A stretch of 64,000 bases of DNA from Laetmonice hystrix (lineage: Eukaryota): the NCBI GenBank assembly GCA_965235115.1, contig OZ249446.1, forward strand, positions 17,236,001-17,300,000, written 5' to 3'. Position numbers and translations under genes: made by a program. Below the pieces are notes generated by a model. That model saw nothing but the letters and a program-made list of their open reading frames with translations, had not been told where the DNA came from and did not search any database. Positions 1-12,900 of the stretch are shown one piece after another (positions within the stretch are counted from its first letter, which is position 1; each line of letters begins with the position of its first letter).

Positions 1-273
1 ATCTTTCCTTTGATATCACTTGTAAAGACTGAATTGATCGACGGTGCTGGTGATAAATTATGAGTAGGAATAATCAACTAGGAGCTAGATCTCTGTTGTC
101 CCTTGTACAGTTCTGGGAGTCAAACGGAGATATATGCACAGTCACAGTGAACGAGTATTAGAGCTTCCATTTAAACCAAAGACCTGAAAACAGACTGGCA
201 CAGACACGGTTCCAAAAAGTATTGAGATCAGCAGCCGGATTGGATGCGACCTATCTTCTAGTCCCTATAGGCC

Positions 274-309
274 TATACTAAGATAGGTCCTAGGACCTAT
301 CTTAGTATA
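274..309. repeat. Perfect 36-bp palindrome with no spacer
   Basis: TATACTAAGATAGGTCCT|AGGACCTATCTTAGTATA. It is flanked by further inverted copies GACCTATCTT (248-257) and AAGATAGGTCC (about 317-327). Confidence 0.9.
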
Positions 310-3300
310 AGATATAAGATAGGTCCTAAGACAGAACAAAGGCCCACTCTGTTCGAGTAGTAACGTTTTTACGCCGGTCGGCCCCGAGAGGCCGCCGACC
401 AAAGTTGTGCTAAACAAGGTTTTTTAGGAACCATGATGTAGATGGGGATGGCGTCCTTCCTATGTCAATGTGATTTTTTTTACCTCTAACCTGATTTTTC
501 CGACTGCAGCTCTAAAAGCCGACAAGTCGTTGTTCGATAAAAACTTTCTTATACGTTGAGTTATAACTGCTTATCTTGAGCCAACTTCAATTATCAGATT
601 CTATCAAATAAAAGTTCAAAGACGAGAAGAGAAAAGATGTAACAGACTGCAGACATGTCTTTGCGTAGCCAGTCTTACTTTATTACCCGAATAAATAGGT
701 CAGATATAAATTAAACATCCTGTAGAACGACATCCTACAGTTGTGCAAACTCAAGCATAAAACTCAATCAAAATGCGTAATAAGTGTCCTTCAAACTAGA
801 GTGTAACGAGTTTTTAAACCGCTATATAAGTCGAGGCGTTAGGCCATCTAAACTAGGCCTATTATGTCGCCAGGCGAAAAATTTCACAGCAAGTACCTCA
901 ATTGTCTTTCTTCTCCAGAAAATACTTCGTTCTTGGCATGCGTTTTAATACCATCATCGTTATCTTCTTTATTCACCAAAACCTTTTGTAGAAATTGCGA
1001 CTCTGCACCATCTTTAATTACAGTTTTATGTCCGTACGTTACCAACCCTTTTAATAAGAAAACAAAAGAAAACAAAGATAAAAAGAATATCTTTCCGCTT
1101 TGCTGATAAAATGTTACATCAATCCTGATTTTCAACAATGTTTAACTCATGCAATTTGTACTTTTGTACTGAAGACGCATTTTTAGGCCCTGTTAAATAA
1201 AGATTGAACATTTTCGACTTCAAGGAACACTTTTATATGAGTATTCATTTTGGCAGGCTTGGAGTGAGCCCCCTATAGCAACAATGGTACTGTATTCAAT
1301 TCCAGGAATGACGGGAAGCATTTTTTCTAATGAGCAAAGTGTACACTTTGAGTGACATTATATTTTCTTTAAAGGAATAAATTATACGTTTCCGGCAAAC
1401 GGAGCTAGGAAATCGTCAGAGGGCACCCGATCGTAATTTGGAAGCATTTCCTAGACTCCAATCACGCTGGAACATTTCTGAAGTGTCTGAAATGTTTATG
1501 TCAAAAGTCGGACATCCATTACCTCTACCTCATTTACCATAAGAAGTGACAAAAAACCTGGACAAATTTCACAACTATTTCAGGGTATCCAATTGTAATC
1601 ATAACGAAAGAGATGGGGTAAAAATCAATAAAGGTCTACTAAAACAAGGCAGATATAATATAAATAAATAGTTAATATATTAGTAGTGGATCACTTCACA
1701 ATGGCCCATTCATATTTACAGTGTTCACATGATCACAAAAACCGAACCATTCCAGATTCAAATCTACATTTCTGACACGTTTTGCGTAGCTGCAGGGAAA
1801 TTCCACGCGAGCTCATTACAATATGTGTGTGCTAAAATCATCGCTGTCTTCTTTTCATTTTCTTTCCTCCTTTTTTAAAAATAAAATAAATGTTTTGGGG
1901 TTTTTTTGCAACAACGGAGTCCAGTACTGATGGAAACTCCAGTCTCTAAGGTATAGTAAGACTATCTATCATTCCATGCACAATGTAACCACATGTTACA
2001 CAGAGACTAACGAACTCCAATACGTCTTGGTATCACTATTGTTTGTGGTAGTCTCTTCCCTCTACTGTTACACACTGGTACCAAACAAACGCACTCCTTC
2101 CACCGCACACACCGTAAACCAAGCAACAAAACCACAGCCATCCCTAACCCACACTTCGAAACACATATGTATAAACTTCTCATTCCTCAAATTAAGGATT
2201 CTCATCTTTTATCTACGTTATCCATTCTATTCCAACGTAATCATCAACTACACTGTTACGGCTTTCAATCAGTCAACTGTACAGGGAAAGAGAAAAGTCT
2301 TGCATAATTCCACAGGAATTCTGACAGTGCGAGTCAGGCATCCACTACCAGGCCCCGACGTCTGATTTTCATACAATAATATTATTACCTTTCACCATTG
2401 TAAGGACGGGATAGAGAGGGGACTGTCCGGAAACTCGTGGTTCATCCTACATCATTTGTTTATTTGTAACGGTCGGTACCATCATGGGGTCATGTAATGA
2501 GCAACACTGTTTTAATTTCTATTTATGACGAACGGTGGACAGAATAAACACCCTGCCTTCACTTACTGATTGAGAAATTATATCGTCCGTCAAATCCACT
2601 AACACAGCAGCTATATCACATGATGGATTCTGATCCTCCATAATAACACAGGTGTAATTACAGGTAATTACAGGTAATTACAGGTAAATAAATACGGAGG
2701 AAACGCTGGTTAGTGGCGTCGATACATACAAAAGTGGTTTTGTCGAGAAGGACTCTTCATGAGTTGCATAATGTCCACCTTAAGTTCTATGACGGACCAA
2801 GTATCTAAAGCTATATCCCGAACGATGTGGTTATAAACTGTGCAGATATCTCGACCACTAACTAACCTGATCTATCACCTTGTGTAAGAGAACCAAACAT
2901 TTCAGTCACATGTCTGAGCCACTCAAATACACAGGGGACGAAGTTTTTCCTGCGTTATTTGGCGGGAAAATTACTTGTATCAGTCAACTTTATTTTGCTG
3001 ACATATTTAACCAACGAAAATGCCAATGGCTCTGTGTGAATACAGCTTTAAACTGACAAGTCACATGGACACATGTTCTAGATATTTAACTGATCAGTCA
3101 CATGAAGTTTTTTCATTGAGATTGACGTCATGCACATACAGGTATAATTAACAAGTCACATGTGACGATTCAGTGAGACTGGGGTTCAATAAAACTCAGT
3201 GACACACATACAAGATTCTTCATTGAGACAGCTATAAAATATAATTAGGCAGATAAAAATAGAATTAGATAACACAGTTGTAAAATGTTACAGATGAGAC

Positions 3301-3344
3301 TTCATTGCGACAGATGTTAAATATAATCTACAAGACAATAACTC

Positions 3345-3350
3345 TTTATT
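3345..3350 (-). terminator. Candidate polyadenylation signal of the acid phosphatase gene
   Basis: AATAAA on the minus strand (plus TTTATT) about 580 nt after the TGA stop. Further copies lie near 2990 and 2460. Confidence 0.4.
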
Positions 3351-3926
3351 GACTCAGTCGTAAAACCTTTTACAAGAGAGTCATAAGTTTCTTTACTGCA
3401 ACAACTGGAAAACAAAATGGACAGGACGCATAGTTTCTTTAAGAAGACATAAAATACAACTAATATGTCACATACAACCTAATCATTGAGTTAGCCATAA
3501 AATCAGGAGTGTGATCACGTGAAGCGTTTACCTTTTCGATCAATTCTTGATTAAAAAGACAATGGATTCATTAATTATTTGTAGCTAAAAAAAACCCCTA
3601 AGAAATCGGGCAAACCCCGGAAGAATCACAGGCCTGAAAATTCACTCTTTTGGCCTTTCTTCACCTCGGAAGGCACAACTGGTCTGTGCCATGGTGCTGT
3701 ACTGACAGCCGATCCCGTAACCATGGCAACCCTCCCCCAAACAGCAGAACATCTGTCTTAGACAGAGAGCTAGGAGAGGTTCACAATTTGTATAGATGTT
3801 CAGATAGGTGCACCTTGTATCAAAGATTCGCTTTGCGAATTATTATAAGATTCAAAAGACATTACAGGTAAAAAGACATTGCAGGGGAAGTATCAATTTC
3901 CCGAGTAGATACCCCTATTGCTACTT

Positions 3927-6900
3927 TCACGCACTACCGGGTTCGGAGGAGAAGTTTGCTGACTGATAGGCTATTTCACCTGATTTCTTCTTGTAACACA
4001 TGACAGCCACTACCAGCAGCACAATTATTATTATGATTGCAAAAACTGCAATGGCAATTGGTGCACCTGAAGGAAAAGGAGAGAAGGAATTAATAAATGA
4101 TGATGTGAGAATTCTGTCTGAAATAACAAGTTTATACTTCAATAACATTATTTGGTTTGGGTAATGCTAGCTTGGGTCTGAGCTACAGTATTTGAAGTCA
4201 CTTTGACTGGCAGAGGACGTGGACAAAGGACCTCGACTGTTAGATTTCTGACACAAGTTACTTGAGTAGGTAAAGAACAGAAATCAAAGCTGACAAGATT
4301 AAAACAAGTTTATGACCTGTCTCACGCATCATACATTTTCAACAGCTGCATATTATACGGATTCCGAGTTATTAGAGCAAGAGAAAAAGTCACCTTTATC
4401 GATGCTGATTGCCTGAGCCTTATTCTCACAGTCAGCGAACCAGTCCCCTTCATAAACCATGGGTTTAATGACTCGGTAAAACTGGTCAAGGTCACATTCT
4501 ATTGCACAACCTGGAACAGATCATACAAAATTTGACTTTTCATTCTTTTCTCAAAATTGTCGAGGACTACTTGCATGTGACTATAAGAAGATGATACAAA
4601 AACCGTCCAAGTGATGAGACATATAAAATATACATAGCTTCCTCAGGGTACATAGGCATTTATATATATCCTGCACTACTTATACTACTTACTGTTACTG
4701 AAAAATATATCTGAGTAAATATGGTTTCTGACTTACCCCGTATACTGAGTGGTATTGGAACTGAATCCTGATTGGATGAGGAATCGTTCTTGTAGGTGAG
4801 CTTGACGAAGTAGTGGCCGGAGGGGCGCTGGTGTAGTTCAAACATTAGTGTCGAGCTATACGGTGGGAGGAGCCAGTTATAGTCGTCGAGTGCCATCATG
4901 ATGGCGGCAAGCGTCGTGTCGTGCTGGAACCAGGGGTTAAAGTCGTGGAATAAATACCTGTCTGGACAATGTACTAGTACTTCAAATGTGCGATATCTCT
5001 GCAGTGGATCTCTGATATCTCTGTGTCTGATCAGTCAGTGTTGGATACCCCTGTGTCTGATCAGTGTTAGATATCTCCGTATCTGATCAGTCAATGTTGG
5101 ATATCTCTGTGTCTGATCAACCGGTGTAGGATATCTTTGTGTCTGATCAATTCAGGTAGGATAGCTCTGTCTGATCAGTCAATGTTTGATATCTCTGTCT
5201 GATCAGTTTCTGATCTCTGTGTCTGATCTATCAGTGAAGGATACCTTTGTGTCTGCTCAGTTTATGATCTGATCGGTCAGAGTAGGATATCTCGGTCTGG
5301 TAAGATTATATCTCTGTGTCTGATCAGTCAGTGAAGGATATCTCTGTGTCTGATCAGTCAGTGAAGGATATCTCTGTGTCTGATCAGTCAGTGAAGGATA
5401 TCTCTGTGTCTGATCAGTCAGTGAAGGATATCTCTGTGTCTGATCAGTCAGTGAAGGATATCTCTGTGTCTGATCAGTCAGTGAAGGATATCTCGGTGTC
5501 TGATCAGTCAGTGAAGGATATCTCCGTGTCTGATCAGTCAGTGAAGGATATCTCCGTGTCTGATCAGTCAGTAAAGGATATCTCTGTGTCTGATCAGTCA
5601 GTGAAGGATATCTCTGTCTTCTCCGTGTCTGATCTATGAAGGATATCTTTGTGTCTGCTCAGTTTACGATATCTGTGTCTGGTCGGTCAGAGTAGGATAT
5701 CGCTATGTCTGGTAAGTTTATATCTCCGTGTCTGATCAGTCAGTGAAGGATATCTCTGTGTCTGATCAGTCAGTGAAGGATATCTCTGTGTCTGATCAGT
5801 CAGTGAAGGATATCTCTGTGTCTGATCAGTCAGTGAAGGAGATCTCTGTGTCTGATCAGTCAGTGAAGGATATCTCGGTGTCTGATCAGTCAGTGAAGGA
5901 GATCTCGGTGTCTGATCAGTCAGTGAAGGATATCTCTGTGTCTGATCAGTCAGTGAAGGATATCTCTGTGTCTGATCAGTCAGTGAAGGATATCTCCGTG
6001 TCTGATCAGTCAGTGAAGGATATCTCTGTGTCTGATCAGTCAGTGAAGGATATCGTGAAGGATATCTCTGTGTCACGCCCTTCACACTTTATAGCGCCAA
6101 CATTTAAGAGATTCTGTCACGATGCCCCCAAGCCATACCTCTCTGGTTACGACGTGGTTATATACAACTCCCACAACCCCTAACCTGTACACTTTCAGTG
6201 GCCTTATTAACGACCGTGTGCAAACGGTTTCTGACAATGATTTTTTTTCTGTGTTCTACATTTACTTTAACTTCATCATCAGTTCACTTTCGGAGTCTAT
6301 CATTCACCGTCATTATGTCATCATTTATTGTAGTAACGTATAGATGTCATTCATTCACACTGCTGTCAGATTGGTTGTGTGAAACTACAGCCTCAGTATC
6401 TCTGGCACGTTCCACAAGTCAACACTGAGTAAAAATTGATGTCATTCAGCCCGGTCAGTCAGCATACAAATGAAAACTGTAACTAATTAACAGCCAAACC
6501 TAGAACAACTCATAAGAAGGTCTGCGAGCTTTTACCGGATTAGTACTTCTACAAGACTTCCTGGTTAGTGGCATCAGTGTATCTCATAATTTGACGGATT
6601 GTCGTTTTCCCATTTTGCAACTTTTTAACAGAACACTTCACTAAGAACTTGTTACTCTTATGTTCATGCAGTGCGTGAAAAACAAATTCCACTTTGCACA
6701 TTCCAGATGTGACAAAATTCATCAAGTAGCATTGATTTTTTTTCTTCTTATTGAACAAGCAAATTTATGTTACGACGTGCGGAAGACGGTATTATACCAG
6801 CTCAAAGTTTGAATTCATTCCCATTCTATGCATAATGATCCTGCTTCAATCTGGGCGTGCGTGTATGGCCTGATCTGGACTACGGAGTGAGAATTTACTA

Positions 6901-9900
6901 CACAACAGTATATCATAGAGATGATACTGCACACAATCACACCAAATCACACAATCACACACCATATAGTTTAACATCACTTATCTCGTCATAGAGCCTG
7001 ACGACTTCCCACATCATTCAAACCCAAAGAGATCTCTTACAAATTGGTATAGAGCAGCACAACTTCCAGCTGCTACACCACAATCAAACATACACGAACT
7101 GGGAGCTTGACTTCTCCATCCCAGTCTAAAAACAGTTCATCCTCAACTGGTAAGAAGACACACTCTAGCTGCCAAGGGATGAGGTTTTATCCACTGTTTG
7201 CCACGGACGCCAGTAAGTTATTTTGATCGCCTGGTGAGAATAATTATAATTATTTACACTTAATTTAATTACCCCAAGGCCATCCCACAGAAATGTGATA
7301 ACTAACATGATTTTCCGGGGGGTTCTTTCAAAGTACATGTATATGTAAGAAATATTTTAGTCCCTAAGCACATAAATACATCCTTTTCCCTTCAAGCACT
7401 AATCTATGACGAGTGATCACACCCTTCCAGTCCTAATCAGTATGTAATATCACATGCTTTTCATTCGTTTGAAGTTAGATATGAATAATAAATTGATATA
7501 ATTTTTATTGTTAGGTGTCACGCTGCCCCACGGCTGCCACACCTCATGTTGGAGCAGGCCTACGCTCCTCCAAATTGGCAAGCCTCTCGTGTGAACGATG
7601 AAAGGAGTCCCTCATTCCTATTTACATCTTTTGTCCATTAATTAAGTCTGTTCATCCAGGGACAGCTCCTTGAGCCGATCAGTTATGCTCTCCCCTCCAG
7701 ACATTCCTCATTAGCATAGAATGTATCTATTTCATTATTCATGTTGTGTAAAAATCTGCTCCTGTCCGTTGTGCCCGGTGCCGGGGATTGCGAGTAACGG
7801 ACGCTGCCTGCCGACGTAGACATCCGGGCCTCCCATGACCCATGAACTGCCGTGGTCCCGCTGGCGTCTTCCACCGCCAGGTGGCGCCTCGCCGGTATAA
7901 GTGGTGCGTCGTCTGCAGCAGCAGGCCACAGTAGACGGCCGACCCTCCTCCCGTCAACAACAAACAACAAACAAACACAAGTCCCCTTAAAACACACCGC
8001 CATGGTCCACGTGGCCCTGACGCTCGCCACCGTTGCCATGGTGATAGGCCTGGCAGAACCAGACGGGTTAGGCTTTGACCGATTTCTGACCGCCCGAGAT
8101 TTTGATCTGGATAAAGGCAAAGATTTCAAACAGCTCAATGCAAAACCCCTGATACCCGCCAAGAGAAGTGGGTACACTAACCGTGGATATGGCGAAAGGA
8201 AAAGTACGGGATACCATGGCAGCAGAGGATATGACACCAGAAAGTCCTTGGGTGACAAGCAAGGATATGACACCAGAAAGTCCTTGGGTGACAAACAAGG
8301 ATATGATACCAGAAAGTCCTTGGGTGACAAACAAGGATATGATACCAGAAAGTCCTTGGGTGACAAACAAGGATATGATACCAGAAAGTCCTTGGGTGAC
8401 AAACAAGGATATGACACCAGAAAAACCATGGAATATGATAACAAGGGATACGATACCAGAAAGAACTTGGGATACGATAAAACCAGACATGACACCAGAA
8501 AGACGATACGGTACGATGATAACAAGGGATACGATACCAGAAAGTCCTCGGTTGATAAAGGATATGATACAAGAAAGACCATGGCATATGAAGACAAAAG
8601 GGGCTACGGCATCAGAAAGCCCCTGAACTATCATGGCGACAGAAAATATGACACTGAGAAAGACATCGAATACGACAGCAAAGCCCACGGCACAAACAAA
8701 GGTAGCAGATACGTGAATAGCAAAGAATATGACGCCAACCGACGTCCCAGAAAGTATCGATATGAACAGAGCAAGAGATATAACATGAGGAGAGCCTTAG
8801 ATGACCAAAAAAGGTATAGCAGCAAGGCATCCCGCAGTCTCAAAAAACTTGACGGGAATTTTGGCTATGGAAAAAGTGAAGGTTTGGGCTATGAAGGTAC
8901 CAAAGGATATGGACATAGCCACAGCAGTGATCCGGGATACGGGTATGATTACAACAAAGGATATGGCAGCAGCAAAGGACCTGGTTTTGATGATAGTAAA
9001 GGATATGGTTTTGTAGACAGCCACAAATATGGAGACCACAAGGGACACAGATACGATAACAGCAAAGGATACACAGCACATGGTTATGACGACTGCAAAG
9101 GATATGTGAACGGACACAGATATGAGGGAAGCAAGGAATATGATAGCAAGAAAAGACTCGGATATGGTCGCAGTGAAGGATATGTTCACAGTAAAGAACT
9201 TGGATATGGTGACAGCAAAGGATACGACAGCAGTAAAGGACCTGGATACGACGGCAGCAAGGAATATGTCAGCAGAAAAAGGCCTGGGTATGGTGACAGC
9301 AAGGGATATGATGAAAGCAAGGGATATGATGACAGCAAGGGATATGATGACAGCAAGGGATATGATGACAGCAAGGGATATGATGACAGCAAGGGATATG
9401 ATAACAGCAAGGGATATGATGACAGTAGAGACTTTCAGTATGATAACAAAGGATACACTGGTAAAGGCTTTGAATATCGCAGAAGCAAAGGACTTGGACA
9501 TGTACACAGCAAGGGATACAGCAATGGTAAAGGACTGCATGGATATGATGACAGTAAGGGATATGGAAGAAGCAAAGGACCTGCATACGCTAAAGGTGAC
9601 GGACCCCACTACGATCATGGCCCTGGCTTTAGGCACTCCGACGGACCTAGCCACAGGGTCCTTGGATACGGCCATGGCATTGCCCCAAGACGCCGTCCAG
9701 GACCTAACTACAATGACAACACCCACTTCAGTCGCAACAACGCGTTCGGTCCCCGGCACTCGTCAGGCTATGCACCAATCATTCCCAAAGTTTCCATCGG
9801 TCCCACCAGTGGATACGGTGACGAACGGGCTAAAGACGACTCAGAATACGACCATGTCAACTTCCCCCTGCCGCTTCCTAAACTACCCAGCCTCAAAGAA

Positions 9901-12900
9901 TTCCACGACGGCTCTGGATATGATCACCCTCCACGATACGACGAACACAAAACTGACGTGCAGAGTCCCCAGACAAAGGACAATGTAAGGTATGGTGACA
10001 ATGTCATCCATGTACGGATAAACCCCAAAGGGTACAGTTACACGTATGGTAACGCCAAGGACTATGGTACGTACAGACCCAGCACCCCGACCAAGGACTA
10101 CACCCCCCGGAGCCGAGGTTACCGAGCCGGTTACGAGGGTGGCAGAGATAGACCTGAGCCTCAGTATGGCCGCCAGACCTACGGTCGCTACAACAGGCAT
10201 TTCAGCTAATGGAATAAACTGCAGGTGGGCTACATTTAATTCTTTACAGGAGCCTGGCTGAATCATCTCCGTCGAAAAGAGTGAAACTTTCCAGCCAATT
10301 TCTTCAACTCTGCAGAATTGGATTAGGTATATTACCCAATGGCCCATATGGTCACGCTATATCTTGTATAACTTTCTTTGTTCAGCTTCACCATATGAGG
10401 GTCAGACCTGAAAGTGGGATAGCTGACTTAGGTAAACATAAAGTTTGATGTCGGGAGTGTGTGTGTGTGTGTGGGGGGGGGGGGGGTAATATTGAAACTT
10501 TCAATATTACCCATAATCATAATTTTCATTGACATTGTAGGAGCAAAAAGGTTTTCAAAACATAAATTATACAACATCTCAATGATTGACTCCAAACAAT
10601 ATGTCAGAGAATTCCAGCAGTTCAATCCCTTGTCAATCCATAGTCACACTCATCATCATCAAGTTTTCAATCCTGTTATGTCTTTTTTTTCTATAGAATC
10701 CACGGGACGACGGGCTGAACGACCTCAGTTTACGTGATCTTAAGGCTGAGTTTCTCCCGGTGAAACGTGACGGGCCGGGAATTTAATTCACATGCTAACT
10801 GTGCAAATAACGGATGCGAAAAGAAAAATCTTGGGCGTGGCTGTCATTAAGTGCCATGAAGTGTCACCTCCTTATACCTGAGCGTTGAAATGTCAACAAC
10901 CTTTTAATACTCATATAAGGTTAACACATCTATAACCTTCAGCACTGATACTAACTGCTGGTTTATATATTTCTTATGTATAGAGTTTATCTTTTTGCTT
11001 GAGATTCCTGGACATATCTGGAATGGGTAAAAATAGCAAGGTGATCTGATGACAACCAAGACATACATATATACATCTGATACAAATTACAGGTATATGC
11101 ATCTTTTTTTCTAATAATATATCCTTTATATCATACAGTGTATCATTTTGCTTGAGACTCCTGGATAGATGAGGACTTGGTAAAATGACATAATAATCTG
11201 ACTTACTGCCGAGTACATGTAGACTTTGATGCCCGCCGGGGCAGTCCCCCCTGCTTTATTCCGAGTTTGGTTGACTAGCAGATTAAGGAACACTCCTGGT
11301 CGAATCAGAAAAAAAAGTCCGATCGAGTTACATTTCTCAATCCGAGTTATCATTTTATTAAAATGTCTTATCCTAACATTGGGCTATCCATTCATAATGA
11401 TCTGGGTCCGGTTCACACATAAGGTCAAGTCAATTTTAATTAACCTGGAATCCATTGTAACCAGAATCAAGTAAAACTGACTTCACGTTAATTAAGATTG
11501 ACTCGACTGTTAGCCCAGCCATGTTCCGTTAGTATGGTCACTCGCACTAACTTCCCGGAAACCTTTGATATTTACATACCTACACATATACTGATCCCTA
11601 AAATGGTTTATTGAGGTCCTGTCCATTTAGTACTTGCATAACACGCAGGACCCATTTAAAACGTGAAATATTAATCGCTTGAGTAAATCTTCAGTTCCCG
11701 TCTCAAATTCTGACCATACTTTTCAAACCATTTTCCTATTGCAACGAGTCGTACCTGCCCGAATCTTTTGCATTTCCGGCGTGTAAAACCAAAGCTTTAT
11801 TTGAAAGTCCTTCAGGGCCTGCAGCCGATTAAAGACGTCCTCTGTCACCCAGTCTGGTAACGTCATGTTATGTTCTTTCTGAAGTCAAAAATCATACCAT
11901 TCAGACATTTGTACTATTTCCACCTTACCGTACACATAGTAGACCCTTGCTATGTGGACATCAAGTTTGTTTAAACTCAGTTCAACCCACTGTGTGTGGA
12001 TGAGAAGATTAATATGAACTCGTACCTCACAGAAGAGCGAGTTAGGCACTTTCTCCATCAGGTCGTATAAATCAGCATTCCGTAGCCCCGATTCTTTACG
12101 AACCATTTCGAGAAACTCCTGGAGATATATGATAAAATAACAGTCCTGTGATGGGGGGGGGTCTGGCTTTATGGCGTTCACACAATCACCCAATCACAAA
12201 AATATCGCCAGAATCCACCTGGTTCAAAACACTGATATCTTTAGCCACCGGTAACGACACAATAACACATTCTTACATTCATTATGTGAACCGTAGATTT
12301 ATACAGATGCAGTAAAACTAATGCTCTGATCCTAGCACCAACAGTCCGTCGCAGACACCTAGTGGCCTATTTGATAACTATGATCATCCTATGCTGTAGC
12401 AGAGGAACTGATGTCTATAAATAGCACATCGACCGTTATGATGGCCAGCCTATCGCACAATGCTGAAGGACGACACTGTCGCTTTAAATACCGGTACTCA
12501 TGTTCAATATGCAAAGTGAAATCATTTGAATAATATGTATTCTAATTTTAAACACATAACAACTATAAAGATGGCAACATGGAAATGAAAACAAAATAGT
12601 CTACTGTGATGAATATGCAGAGGCAGAAAGCCAAGGAAGTTTGACAGGAAGAGCATGCACTTACAGCCTAACAGGAAGTAGAAATGTTAAGCCAAGCAGG
12701 TCCTGGCCATTCTAAGGCATGATAAGGAACAAGTAAGCTGAATTAATGTTTTTCCCCCAGTCCAAATCTGCAATGCACGTATCTGGTGTCCTAAATGTAG
12801 GCACTAATCTGTCCGTGACGAGGAGACCATTTCAATAAACGTCAGTTAATGTGCTCATAGGGGGACGCTTTCATTAATTACTTAGACGATGTTGAGGGAA

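Noticed and set aside
897-1047. Possible minus-strand internal exon (GLVTYGHKTVIKDGAESQFLQKVLVNKEDNDDG...)
   Set aside because: It has AG/GT ends and an open frame, but no recognisable homology or partner exon in the window. Unresolved without RNA-seq.
1976-2365. 129-aa plus-strand ORF with NxT/S sequons
   Set aside because: No signal peptide or recognisable domain, and it lies just downstream of the ACP 3' end, possibly in an extended 3'UTR. Likely chance.
5316-6183. ORFs [10 protein letters not shown](n) and [10 protein letters not shown](n)
   Set aside because: These come from a 30-bp intronic minisatellite (a multiple of 3), with GTG pseudo-starts and no unique coding flanks.
7852-8001. 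50-aa N-terminal extension given by the ORF track
   Set aside because: It starts at a GTG upstream of the TATA box. The ATG at 8002 has an optimal context and is followed by a signal peptide.
7683-9988. Antisense and alternative-frame ORFs overlapping the Gly/Tyr-rich gene
   Set aside because: These are shadows of the repetitive coding sequence. Only the 8002 frame has a signal peptide, Kozak context, TATA and poly(A) signal.
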